Source of the DNA: Takakia lepidozioides
Taxonomy: Eukaryota; Plantae; Bryophyta
DNA: 64,000 bases
Assembly: GCA_030704615.1 (NCBI GenBank)
Contig: CM060731.1
Span: 69,564,001 to 69,628,000 of the forward strand
Direction: 5' to 3'
Under the pieces are notes generated by a model. It was not told the origin of the DNA. It saw only the letters and a program-made list of their open reading frames with translations, and did no database searches. A program made the position numbers and the translations under genes. Shown here one piece after another: positions 13,294 through 25,800 of the stretch; the first letter of the stretch is position 1; each line of letters opens with the position of its first letter.

Positions 13294-13679
13294 ATGCTTC
13301 ACATGTCTAGCTTTCGTGAAGATTGGCAAAATTGCATACCCGCTCGGCATGAACTAGATAATCTCAGCGCTCTTGTTAGCCCAAATTTTCAGGACAAGCT
13401 CACGATGGAATTTGCATGTGATGTTGTCTTGGTTGACCTAAATAAACCCGCAGGATTATTGTGGCACACTAGTACTAAGGGTACAGGCCCCAACTCTACC
13501 TCACGCAACAAAATGATGGAAATTTGATGGTCTACAATGGAGATGGTAATGCTGTTTGGGCTGCAAATACAGTGGACGCTGGAGATTGTGAAGGAGACTA
13601 TATACTAAACTTACAAGATGACGGAAATTTGGTCATATATTGCATCCCTCGCGCAAATCAAAATTGGAATGCTTTTTAG
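13294..13679 (+). pseudogene. GNA/bulb-type mannose-binding lectin domain, frameshifted
   Basis: ..LVSPN..KLTMEFACDVVL..LWHTSTKG, a frameshift at ~13495, then QNDGNLMVYNGDGNAVWAANT..YILNLQDDGNLVIY. This contains two QxDxNxVxY-type motifs. Confidence 0.8.
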
Positions 13680-15464
13680 ATGCAGGTGCATTGATATGAA
13701 AATTATTCCTTTTCATACTTGAGAGTTTAAAGAATTTCAAAGTATATGAAGGTTGGAATTGGTGAATTGACTCGAGTGCTTGTACCAGATTGCAATTGTT
13801 CCATGAATTGCTCGGCTAATCGAATATATAGATGTATTCCATGATGTATATTGACGGTTTGCATATAAAACTTTGAACATGTGGATCGAGGAATAGCAAA
13901 AGAATCTACACTTTGATATGGTTAATGCTGCATTTGCATCACACTAGTGACGAAATGTGCATGTCTACATGGTTTAACTATAGTGATATGTTATGCTATA
14001 TGATATCTTACAAAAATCCATTTCCATTCACATGAACTATAATTCTCATGGAGAAATGACGATCATCATGCACTCATCACAATGCATATATACCTCTATA
14101 CTCTTCAACTCAAGGATAATATGTCTTACCCACGATCGACTTCATCTCATGCAACATGTCGACTTCTGCTGCTGCCATGAAGTTGTTTTTGGGCCCTATT
14201 TGTTTCAATGTAGTAGGCATGTTAAATTGTTTTCTGTATATTAAAATGTTACATTTTTGGCATTTATAGCAAGCTAAAGTCTTCCAATGACACCACAAGC
14301 AGGACCATTTTGTACCATTTTGTACAATAAGTTGCTAAGGTCATTGAACTGTTATGTAGCATGCATGCAACCACACTCTGAGGCCTAGTAGCATCTATGA
14401 CTAAATGTGACATGTGGCTAATCTAGCGGCTGGGCTAAATCAGGTGCTCGACTTTACATGTCTCAAGGAACACTGGAAAATCATACCAGAACATGTCATA
14501 TTCATGGCACATGTGGCACACATTGGCATTGTCCACAGTTAGGTGCACGACCATATGGGTTGTGAAACATTGCCTCCCACACCACATAACCCACGGTGTA
14601 ATGGCTCACTGGAAAATTTAACAAAACAATGTGTGAGCTTCTAGAGAAGAATTGGTGGCACTTTGACAGGAGTAGGATGTCTACATTAATCTTTGCATAT
14701 TGGACTTATGTGCTTCAAAGCACCAAAGTTGCATTGCTGTATGGCAGGAAAAGCCGCACTCCTTTGAAGGTGCGGAACAAAACATCTTGCCTGCAATCTT
14801 TTTCACAGTACACAGAAGCCCTACCGGCTTTTTGTCCTCTCTCTCGCACTCGTGAAGTAAAGGGACTGCCTTCTACGTCTTCTTCCTATCGCAGCTCTCC
14901 AGCTTTACTAACAACAATAGAGTAAGTAAGGAACCCTCATAAGCCGTCAGTTATGCATGTGATTAAGGACGTGCGTGTTTGCCTTCTAACCCCCCAAATG
15001 GATCGCTCTCACTGGCTGCGATTTATTGGGCGCCCCTATTGCCATCAATAAGGCCGTTTTCTTCAAATGTGGATGTTTGGTGATTTGGATGAAATATTGC
15101 GCACAGGAGACATGTCATCGCCCTATCATACACGGATTTTGCCTTCTTCGAAAAGAAAACATACATAACGTCAAGAACACCATGTCCGGGTTCATCCGGC
15201 GTCGGATATTTCCCGGGTTCGGTACTCAATGCACTGTCCGGGTTCACGTTGTGGAACGTTGTAAAACGCACATAGGATTGTCATATCCAAGACGGCGCCG
15301 TTTTTTCCCGGTGGTGTGACACTGACAAAATAAACAGTTTTGTTCCCTTCTCCATCAATTTGGCAACTGCCCAACTGTTTTGGCGGTGTGGTTCAATACC
15401 CTTGACCGTTATTGGTTGATGTGTGGGGCCAATTGTACTCGGATGATGAATTCGCGGAAATACT

Positions 15465-17450
15465 GAACGAGTGAAGGGCTGGACAACCATGTCTTGCCAT
15501 GTTTACGACCCGAACTACGAAAGAATAATGACAATTGTCATTTGTGACATGCAGTCGGAAGATACAGAATCCCAGATGATAATATGGAATTGTTTGCTTT
15601 CAGTCATGGAGTCCAATGGACATACAAGCATAAATTTCAACGGGTTTATGGGGATAGTGCACAGACTAACTTCAACGCTGTGCGCCGAGTATTTGGATCT
15701 GGTGATCCAAAGGTACCCATGCCTAATAGGGAGCGCACATGTCTATTCCACTGGACTCAGTCTCTGCAGAAACATACGAAGAGGTGCATCAGAAGAGATC
15801 TGCAGGCAGAGCACATGAGGCTCTGTTTCATGTACAAGAATGCGACTACAATGGAAGAGGCTGAGACCAGGTACTAGACAGTGAGAGCATGGTGGTTCTT
15901 GTCAGGGGCTACTGATCAGGACGGTGTCAAAGAATTGGAAGACTGGTTGGTCTTCCGGCACTTCAGATACCGGCAATGGGGGGTTTTCATGACTATTGTA
16001 AGCTGCCTTTCACCTCTGCAATCCCTTATATGTGCCCAATTTCTTTCCTTGTTCCCAGAACGGTCCGCGCTTGCATGAATGACGCTCTTTCATTTTCCTT
16101 TCATAGGACATGTCCCTTGAGGACATTACGGACATGCCGTCCTGCAACCTGGCAAAAAACGTTCACGCCGCCTGGAAGCAGCAATCTGACAAAGTAGGAA
16201 GAGATCTGTACATTGCTACAACAGATAATCTGGTACGAGCTTTAACCCAACACCTGTTCACTGCCTTTGCTATCTTCGTTGGATCCCCGGACCTTCTTGC
16301 AGCCCTCAACATCAACTCTGCTGTATCTGGTCCCTTGCACCCACATCGCCCCCTGAGGAAGTCACGATATGGGCTCGCCTCTCCAATCAAGGGAGCCCCA
16401 TCTGGAAGGAGAGGAAAGGAGAGGGACTTGCAAACGCAAGCTAAATACACCTCCAGGATTAGATGAGGATTCACATCGCCATGACAGAGACAACTTCTCT
16501 ATACCCAAGATTTCTCCACTACAAAGTATGGCGTCCAGTAGGAAAGAGGCTGCTGGTGCATCCTCTTCCACAAAGACCTGTCCTCTACCTGCAACCCCTA
16601 TAATTACGGGTTTCCAGCAGGACCACAGGGGGGCAGTGCAGGAGTCACCTTATGCTGACTCCGAATGGCACATCGAGTGAACTACTCCAGGGTCTTGTTG
16701 CAGTGAGGGCCATTAGTTATGAAAAGTGTAAGTCCAGGATAGCCAAAGGCTCAGCGGATACTCCAGCTCCGACGTTCACAAGTTTGATTCGGCCATATAT
16801 GTCGAAAGAGTCGAAGACGCACAAATTCTGGTTCTGCCCGGACGATATGGCTCGTTGTGTGAATGGTACCATCCGTGACTCCTGCATTGCTAAGCCTCCC
16901 CTACCCACCATTTGGCCAGTGCGGGTGGGAACCTCCTTAACAACACTAGAGATTGGCAAGTTGGAGGACGCCGACTTTCGTCTACACCGATCTGTGGCGT
17001 CGACTCTTGGTGGCCTTGCTGCTATGGTGCCTCCTCAAGACGATACTTTGCATCCCACGAAAAAGAATGACAAAATAGTGCATCGGGTGGCTGCGGGGCC
17101 TGATCACGATGCGAAGGTGGAATCGGCCAGACTACTTCAGGCTCGGGTAACAGAAACTATGGAAGTACCTTCACCTGGGTATGTACAGGTTTATACTTTG
17201 GTCACATCTGGGTCTGTTTTGTACGACAGGGCCTATCAGGTGACGGTGGGAAATTTTCCGGGGTGTACCTGTCCTGACTTCGTGTGCATGTGTGAGGAAG
17301 CTCTAGGAAAGAGAAGGAAATGGGTTCCCTGCAAGCATCTTTACTACATCTTTTTGCGCAGGATGTATTGTGATCCCAAATGAGACCAAATCATTCACCA
17401 GGCGATACTTGGTCCTGGTGAGGTACTGACACTTTTGCAACAAGACATTG
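15465..17450 (+). mobile_element. Degenerate Mutator-like (MULE) transposase with C-terminal SWIM zinc finger
   Basis: RVKGWTTMSCHVYD..CDMQSED..GFM-DSAQTNFNAV..CLFHWTQSL (MULE D..D..CxxH pattern) and YQVTVGNFPGCTCPDF..VPCKHLYYIF (CxC-x-CxH). Contains frameshifts, stops and an intron at ~15998-16106. Confidence 0.75.
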
Positions 17451-18283
17451 GTAATATCGAGTAGTGTTGCATATGTTACGATTTTTCGCAATGTCGGAAA
17501 GGGCTGCCTTGTTTGTAGAACATGTATACACAGTTCTTAAATCTGGACAAGCAGGCGATGTCTCGTTATGAAAGGTATTTTTTTTTTTCATCGGGTTTGG
17601 TTTACGAGCCTCTAAAATTGTGTGCTTCGACGCACACCACTTCTGCCCCCACCCCCAACATTGCCCCGGACAAATAAATAAATTTAAAAAAAAGAAAAAA
17701 AAAGTTTTTTTTTTTTTTCGTTCGCGGGCCTACCAAACATGGACAAGTGTCAGTATGAAAGCTTATTTTATTTTTTCATGGCCTCTACAGAAGCATTGCG
17801 TAAATGAGCTTCACGATGACCATTTGTTTTTTTTTCCACTTCTTCATATGATTTTTTTTTCACCTCTTCTTCAATAACAGAAACCTGAACAAGTTTGACA
17901 ATGATAGAGCTCAAGTTTTTTTTTTCACCTCTTCTTCACAAACAAACCCTAATTTATTCATTGTCAGTCTAGAAAATTCATGTCTTTTGAGAGAGCTTCC
18001 AGTATTGAAATGATCACAGTAAGCGTCAACTTTGGGACCATGAGGTATAGAAGATGTGCCTATCAGGTTCAAGGGGAATTTATGGATGTGACTTCAAATT
18101 GGGTTCAGTATAGCTGCACTCTCATACATATAGATGCAAGCAACAAATGTATACAGAGTGATCAGTATTGGTCAAGAATATAACCAACGAAACAGGGATT
18201 GGGTGGCGGAATTAAGGATTTTTTTAACCTTGAAGTCGTACCTTTCTTTGTGAGGTCAATTTAGCCCCTCCCTGAGATCACAA

Positions 18284-18563
18284 TGTGATATATAACAAAA
18301 GCCCAGCTCTGCAGCTTCACGAGTCTAGGAGAACTCTCCTACGCTCCCCTCTTTCTACGGCCGGAGTTGTCTCTCTCTCTTCTCCCCTCTTTATAGCCTC
18401 GTATCGCAGCGAGGTCAGGACTCGGCAGCGCGTGAGAGAAGGCCCTGGCTACCGAACTTCACCGGTTTTTGGGGCGTCGAGCTTGCCCCTTGTCTGTGAT
18501 CCAGCCCTATTCCCCCATTGTCAACAGTCGGTAGACTGGTGCTACAGATTCCCCCTTTCTTTC
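18284..18563 (-). mobile_element. Probable 3' LTR (18546 to 18284) with preceding polypurine tract
   Basis: Minus strand reads GAAAGAAAGGGGGA-atc-TGTAGCA...TATAAA...ATCACA (TG..CA ends). No coding region was recognised. Confidence 0.45.
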
Positions 18564-19551
18564 ACAAATAATAATAATAATAATAATAATCAATGGGGAC
18601 CAATGTTGATCGGACGGAGGGCTAGAAGAACCAATGCTTTGTTGAGGGTTCGATGACTTTTCCTTTGTGGTGATCTGGACTCACGATGCCTCCTCCCCGC
18701 TGCAAGGATTTCCCGAAGTTGTCCCCCTCCATTGGCCGCGTAACAGGTTACGAAACCCCATTCCTCTTTCCTGCTCAGCTCCGCTCTATCATGGTTTCTA
18801 GAGGGTGGTGATCAGCGTTCTTTTTTGGCGCGAAAATTCGCCAATTTCGAGGACGAAATTGGCCTCACGAAATCAAGGCGTCGAATACGCGGAGGCCCTG
18901 GCATTGTTTTACTGATATGAAGTTTTAGGGAATGATGTTAGGGCTAACAAGATGTGACTGTTGTGTAACCCGATGTAACCCCAAGTGGAGTTGCACACCT
19001 CGTCGTGTAACCCAGGGTAACCCCGACTGGAGTTGACACTCCTTCAGTTCCATGTCACTTTCAAGAGAGTGTGGGGAAGATTTGACATGCCGGAAAGCGG
19101 AAACCGGCGTACCATCCTGTCAGAGAGGTCGTACGTGTGCATTAAGTTCTTACATTATTCCTATTATCTTTCACTCCCAAAGATTCAATGATGCTAGGCG
19201 GAAACCGTTGGTCCAAGTGTAAAATTACATTTGTAGGTGGCGCTTTGGATCCCTTTACAAACAACACTCCCCCACATCTCACCTGCCATTGTGGGTCACA
19301 GTTGAAAAGCCACTGGAAGGCAGTCATTTGGGGTCAAGGTTAGGGGATTGCACCATAATTTACGCTTGCTTGGGCAACGTATCCACAACAGTTTATAATA
19401 CTGTAACAAAAGCACCATGCCCACTCCAGACAGGAGCAAAGGTGGAGAGCATCCCAATTCAGATTGACCCTATCGATCTGGCAGCTCCTTGACGTCAAAT
19501 TGAGTCAATGGACGTGAATTATTGCTCTACTTTAGTAGTATACGATCCTTC

Positions 19552-19790
19552 CATTGAATTGTGCGGGTATATTGATTTCAATATACCCTTAGGATAAAAG
19601 TAAATTATTTTTGTCAAACCATTTACCCTCCAGGTATGGATAAATTGAAATCTCAAAAAAATATTTACCCTCTGGGTATGGATAAATTAACTTATCAGAT
19701 TTCTATATAACCCCCGGGTATGGATATATATGCCAAAATATACCCTGAGGGTATGAATAGTTTCCGGGTATGGATAGTTATTTCAATTAA
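19552..19790. repeat. Left terminal/subterminal array of ATACCC/GGGTAT motifs of a DNA transposon
   Basis: Repeated TACCC-N2-4-GGGTATGGATA mini-palindromes. The start is an imperfect inverted match to 28417-28435. Confidence 0.65.
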
Positions 19791-20123
19791 TATATAATTT
19801 AATGGTTTTAAAGAATATATGATGTTCTTCAATATGTACAAAACACAAAAAAAAACAATCTAAGAGAAAATTGATAAGATATTGCATAATGTTTTGGTGT
19901 TAATTTCCAATGCAAGATGGAGGAGGTTTGAGATTAAAATAAAATAAAAGTATGAGACGTAACTTATGGTGTCACTTCACCACAAGGGCTACTGCCAGCT
20001 GAAAGGTGGACACCTTCATGACACACCAGACCGTGGTTTGAACCCACAACCACATCCAACGTAGTACGTGCCCATTACCATTGGGCTACATGCTGGTTGT
20101 CGATTAAAAAAAAAAAAAACATC

Positions 20124-20329
20124 GGCTGGTAGCTCAGCTGGTAAGTGCAGTGTGTGTCGCTCTGGTGGTTCGGGGTTCGAACCCGGTACCCTGGCCCGTG
20201 TGGGCGTTGATCGTCCTGTAGGTCTCATGGCATGGCCCATAAATGAAAGGGGGTTAATCTTTCCCCCTCTTCAAGGGCCTGAATTGTGGGGTGTCGCTCC
20301 AAGGTTTCTTTAAAATTAAAAAAAAAAAA
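20124..20329 (+). mobile_element. tRNA-derived SINE
   Basis: A-box TAGCTCAGCTGG and B-box GGTTCGAACCC, about 140 bp of non-tRNA body and an oligo-A tail. Flanked by ATTAAAAAA on both sides, followed by a partial tail duplicate and (TA)n. Confidence 0.7.
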
Positions 20330-21061
20330 TCCCCTCTCAAGGACCTAAATTGTGGGCTGTCAGGTTTCCTTATATATATATATATATATATATATATGCA
20401 AGATCTGAAGAGGTATTGTTTGGGTTATATGACATTTTAGGAATGATATATATATAGCATCTGTTTTAGCTGTGATTGGAGCTTTTTTAGGCCCCGGCCG
20501 CACCTGGCTGCTAAGCGGCTTGCTAAGCTAGGTACCAGCCGTTAACGGCGTGGTGACGGCCGCACTTGCCCGTTACAACCCCCGCTAGTTAGCGGGCTCC
20601 TAGCTGCTGATAAAGCTGACGTAGGGGTTCCTCCGAAATTCAGCACGTCCTCCCCCAAGGTGGTAAATCGCGGTCACCGACTAAAAATCGGGCAGTCGAT
20701 CTTGCGCGCAACAGAGGTATGCAGCGACTCCCCTTCCCTGCGATCTCTTCCCTGCGATCTCTCCCTTTCTCCCTCCCTGCCCCTCTTCCCTCTCTCTCTG
20801 CCTCCCTCTCTGCCTCCCTCTCTTTCATCATCTCTCTCAATCCATCTCCTTCTATTCTTGTTCTTTCTTGTTTTTTGTTTTTGTTTTTGGTTGTTTGTGT
20901 ATTCATGGGGTGGGTGACTGCACAGCAAGGAGCGCGGGGCGGGCGCAAGTCACCGGCGACCGCAGCTCAGTCAATGCAACCGTTTGCAATTCAGTGAGTG
21001 CCATTTACATAGTGCTTTGTGCTTTCCACATGGAGTGCTTTGTGGCTGGTGCAATGGGTTT

Positions 21062-21620
21062 AGGGGGTACAGGCACAATTCCCTTGATAGAATTGAAGAG
21101 AGTGTCTCTTTGGTGAGAGAACCCCGGACAGTGTATCAGAAAATGAATATTGTCTTCAGATTGCCCACACAACGGACAATTGCACTCTCCCTTTCCTCTC
21201 TGCTTCTGTTTGCTGTTCAAAGATAGGCTTCCTGCCCTGAGTTTAAATTTCAGTCTAGTGCCGAGAGTGGGTAGACCCTTGAGGTCATCCAAGATGTCCA
21301 CCCCCATGTCACTGACTGGAAACAAGTTCAGGGCAGTTCTCTGCCTAACTTCATTTTCATCAGACAATCTCATGGCAACAGACATGGCTGAGGACACTAC
21401 AGCCTCTAAGTCAGATTTATCCAGCAGGGTCAAGGCTTGCGGATCCAGGTCCAGGTCCTTGAGAATCTCTTCTACTCTCTTCTGCCAGGACTTAGCCTGT
21501 TTGACAGGGCGGTCCTGTTTCCAAGATATGGAGTCGATTAACTTAGGATATCTGGTGTTGGGCATATGCTGCAGCTGACCCCACCATCTGACCTTGAATT
21601 CATCTGGTCGGGAGCTTAAG
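21062..21620 (-). mobile_element. Fragment of the 11.2-kb LINE family
   Basis: Near-identical to ~11463-12020. Confidence 0.92.
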
Positions 21621-22249
21621 AGGTGCAAGCATTATGAGCTCCCTCATCAATGTAGAGGGCTAGTTACCACAGATGTGATACGCAGTGATGTGGTCCTTTT
21701 CTGCAGTGCAGGGCCACAAATTGCCAGAAGATTTGAGCTGGGAAAAGACACATGTATTCATTGATCATCCCCTGCAAGTTTTGGCATAGTCCCCACAGGG
21801 TGTCAACCCCATTGGAGCCAGTTTGTAGCTACCTGGATCTGGAATTGCAGCCCGCCAAAGATATGGTGCTCGCACATCCAACAATGATCGGGATCCAGGG
21901 ATTTAGAACTAAGGTGAAAGGCCAATAGACATGATGTTGATTCCAGACATTGCTCTGGGCCCAATCCAACACATATGCCACACGTGTGGCTATGATTGCA
22001 CTGCCTGACACACACTGCTTGAGAAAGGGCAGGGAAGAGCAGAGAAAGATAGCTCAACTGTAGACTTGATGGGAGGATACAACCCAGCATCCAGACCCAG
22101 GAGGGCCACAACTTTCAGCATTGTCTCCAGCTTATATTAGTGAAGAAGTGTGTCGATGTTTGATTCTTTCAAAGACCTCTCCTTGAGCAGAGAACCAATT
22201 CCAATACCTCAGAGCATATTTACCTCCCAAAGACCAGACCTGAGGCTCT

Positions 22250-23343
22250 TTTTCCAGATATCCTCTAGAAAACCCTTCACACAAGCATCAATCTGCTGTG
22301 TGTGATTTGCCCAAAAACTAGGCCTCAGGAGGGCCTGGGCCTTTGGCTCAGCCTCGAGATTTTCAAAGTTGGTAAACAGGGGTACAGGCACAATTCCCTT
22401 GATAGAATTGAAGAGAGCGTCTCTTTGGTGAGAGAACCCCGGACAGTGTATCAGAAAATGAATACTGTCTTCAGATTGCCCACACAGCGGACAATTGCAC
22501 TCTCCCTTTCCTCTCTGCTTCTGTTTGCTGTTCAAAGGTAGGCTTCCTGCCCTGAGTTTAAATTTCAGTCTAGTGCCGAGAGTGGGTAGACCCTTGAGGT
22601 CATCCAAGTTCAGGGAAGTTCTCTGCCTAACTTCATTTTCATCAGACAATCTCATGGCAACAGACATGGCTTCTGACACTACAGCCTCTAAGTCAGATTT
22701 ATCCAGCAGGGTCAAGACTTGCGGATCCAGGTCCAGGTCCTTGAGAATCTTTTCTACTCTCTTCTGCCAGGACTTGACAGGGCGGTCCTGTTTCCAAGAT
22801 ATAGAGTCGATTAACTTAGGATATCTGGTGTTGGGCATATGTTGCAGCTGACCCCACCATCTGACCTTGAATTCATCTCGTCGGGAGCTTAAGGATTCTC
22901 CTCTGTCGTTGAATGCTACCACTGCACATTTGCTGACATTAGCCTCTAGCCCCCAAAGATCAAAGTATCTCTTCGCGCAATCAATCAACTCCTGGAGATT
23001 GGTTGGAGTCTCCCCTATGCCTGCAAAGTCATCCGCAAACATAAGGGCTGGTATGGTGGTATCACCCACCCTTAACCCAAATCCTTCACTTTCCACATCC
23101 TCGAGGAGTTGATTGATGAAAACATTGAAGAGCAGAGGGGAGAGAGTACATCCTTGAGCTACACCTTGGTTTATGTCAAAGAAGTTGGACTTATGTCCGT
23201 TAACAGTGACACAGCTTTTGGTGTGAGCATACAAGTTGTGGACAACTCTCCACATCTTTCCCTTGATCCCACAAGACCAGAGGTGGAACCATAGGCCATC
23301 TCTCCACACTGTGTCATAAGCCTTTTTGACATCCAGGAAAAAA
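22250..23343 (-). mobile_element. Internally deleted copy of the 11.2-kb LINE family
   Basis: Near-identical to ~11335-12833, but lacking ~12022-12386 and two small segments. Confidence 0.92.
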
Positions 23344-24312
23344 ACACATGAGTGTAAAAGAAACAGATGAGATGCATACATCAATTGGTCCTGGCCATAC
23401 TGCCTCCTTTAAGTCATTGGGCCTACTGGAACAAACCCTCCAGAAGCTGTCATGGGTTTTTGACCCATAACAAAGCCCGAAATGGCCATAGCACTAGCAG
23501 AGGCAGCCACTAACTACCAAGGATTCGGTCACAGTTGCCATAAGGGCTGGTGCAGGCACCATAGCAGGAAGCTTGATGTTGACACCTAGAAAGAGACACA
23601 TTAGACAAACATGCAACCACAGAGAGGGATTCATCTCTACCACCAGGCTGAGCTCTAGCCTGAAATCTCTATAGAACTTCTGCAGTCAACAACTATTGGG
23701 TTGGGTTACAGGGGAGTTAATAGTTGATGTAGGACTGGTGTGAAGATTATGTAGAAATGATGAGGCTCATTACAGCACCACTACTCTAGAACCCATAATT
23801 TTCCACTCCCTGTCTCCAAGCAGTTGCAGGTTTGGCTTCTTAGGAGAATTTGGAATCTTTCAGCCTAATGCTCTTCAGGATTTCTATGGCATTAGTCTCA
23901 TATTACACCAGGGCCACTCCACTAGCCACGACCCCAAAAACCAGTAAAGTTGATCTAGGGTCTCGCCCCTTCTTTTGTAGGACAGGGCAGAGGATGGAGT
24001 GGAAGGCCGAGATGTCTAAAGTATTGGTGTGTTCCTGCTATGAAGTGCATTGAAGGTGGTGTAGTGGATAGATGTAGAGGTTGGTTAACAATTCTTTCCA
24101 GTGCATGAAGGTTGGAACTTCCTTGAATGAGCTGTCTGGCTGCAGGAATGCTGGAGGAGCTCCAGGAGCATGTGGAGTCCATTGGCATGGCAAATGGTAT
24201 ACATGATTAAGTTTCCAGGGCCTCTTTGGCTCACGGTCTTTTGAACATCTATGTGAGGAGTATATGTTTGGAAGCTGAAAGTGGGGGGTTGGGGGGCGCA
24301 GCAAAGTCCACC

Positions 24313-25296
24313 ATGTCTGCATCCACAACATCTGACAGCACCGGCAGTGGCCATGTGAGCTCCAAAAAGCGAGCCAGAGATAAGAACTGGACGGCTATGG
24401 AGGTACATGTGTTAGCTGTCGCAAAGCGCCATGAGTGGGAGGCTTGGAAGGCCTCCAATGCGCGTGGCAACATGATGTGTGACAAGGTAAAATGGGAGAG
24501 GGTAGTTGAAGTGTTGGAATCGCAGGGTGTGAGCGGGCGGGACGTTGCTGGGTGCACCACCAAGTGGCAGCATTTGTGCAAGCAGTACAAAGACATCCGG
24601 GGGCACCAACTCAATGCCACCGGCAACCAGGACTACTTCACGATGAGTTCCGATGAGCGCGTGGCGTTGGGACTTCCGAAGTCCTTCGCCAGGGACCTCT
24701 TTGAGGACATGAACTTCCTGGCTGAGCGTGCGTGCAACGCTCCCAAAGTGACATCAGCGAGCTTGAGGGTAACACCAATTGTTGCTCCTTTGCCCCCTGT
24801 AGACATAGATACATCGTTGCCTCATATGGAAGAGGAAGTACTACCCTATGCTAATAATGAGGCTGCACCTGCTCTACCATCATTGGATGGGGTGGCCCAT
24901 GTGCGGGTAGAGCATGATGAGGCGCCGATTCTTGCACGGGGTCGGCCTCCAGTGATGGGCCGGGAGAGGTATACCAACACCTCTCCCACACCCTTTACCA
25001 ATTCGACAGGTAAGAAAAAGAAGGGAAGCACAACCAGTGCCGATCTACTCAAGGCCTTCAAGGAAGGGAATGAAGGTTTGTTCAAAAATATGGAGGAGGA
25101 TAGGAAGGAGAGAATGGATAGGTTTGCCAAATCTTTTCAACTTCAAGATGACATCTTTAAATTTGAGGTTGAAAAAGCTAGAGCAACCTTAGCTACAGAG
25201 CAGGCTGCTTCAGGTAACCAGCGCACCATGGTGTCGCATTTTGGAAAGCTCGTTGAGCATTTTGGAAAGCTAGTTGAGAAGAAAGATGACGCCTAG
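24313..25296 (+). CDS. Myb/SANT-like (trihelix-type) DNA-binding protein, 327 aa, probable PIF/Harbinger accessory ORF
   Basis: Uninterrupted ORF with NWTAMEVHVLAVAKR..KWERVVEVL..RDVAGCTTKWQHLCKQYK..DYFTMSSDERVALGLPKSF, an NLS-like GKKKK and a helical C-terminus. It is convergent with a Harbinger DDE ORF. Confidence 0.85.
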   Translation: MSASTTSDSTGSGHVSSKKRARDKNWTAMEVHVLAVAKRHEWEAWKASNARGNMMCDKVKWERVVEVLESQGVSGRDVAGCTTKWQHLCKQYKDIRGHQLNATGNQDYFTMSSDERVALGLPKSFARDLFEDMNFLAERACNAPKVTSASLRVTPIVAPLPPVDIDTSLPHMEEEVLPYANNEAAPALPSLDGVAHVRVEHDEAPILARGRPPVMGRERYTNTSPTPFTNSTGKKKKGSTTSADLLKAFKEGNEGLFKNMEEDRKERMDRFAKSFQLQDDIFKFEVEKARATLATEQAASGNQRTMVSHFGKLVEHFGKLVEKKDDA

Positions 25297-25519
25297 GGAT
25301 ATAGGGGATGACGCCTAGAAAGATACAGAATATGCAATCAAAGAACAGAACAAGCTGCATGTGACATATTCAAGTTGCTCTGTTTGTTTAAAGAGACAAC
25401 TCTGACATTTTTGACAGATGTTTTTGTATCTCATACTTGTATTCATGCAACTGTGCTTTGTAGTACTGGACCTGACTGCTATGTTTCCTCATTAGACCCT
25501 TTTGCAGTGGCTGTGGGTT

Positions 25520-25800
25520 GTGTATTGTGCCAGACGCTCCACTTAATACATGCCACCAACATGCGCGTGCAAAATGTGGTGGCGGGACTAAAAGTAAGCC
25601 CGCTTCGTGGAGGGTTATTTGGAATGATGTATGGCGTAAGGATAGGGCTGCAAAGATTATTGGATTTCCTTGGAGACTGGTTAATAGAATCCTTCCAGTT
25701 ACCCACCTCTCATCTGACTCCCTTTCTACCTGCCAATTCTGCTCAGTGCTAACTAAGGAAACGCTGGAGCACTTGTTTGTTTCCTGCCCAATCTGCTCTT
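25520..25800 (+). mobile_element. zf-RVT LINE fragment related to the 7.9-8.9 kb relic
   Basis: WRVIWNDVWRKDRAAKIIGFPWRLVNRILPV..CQFC..ETLEHLFVSCP. Confidence 0.75.

Noticed and set aside
15023-15460. Possible coding fragment upstream of the MULE
   Set aside because: No motif recognisable on either strand; left unannotated.
20124-20200. Functional tRNA gene
   Set aside because: A and B boxes are present, but I could not fold a convincing acceptor or anticodon stem; it continues into a body and A tail like a SINE.
22209-23384. 391-aa intact reverse transcriptase gene
   Set aside because: The frame stays open only through in-frame internal deletions. It lacks the RT N-terminus, the endonuclease and the thumb region.
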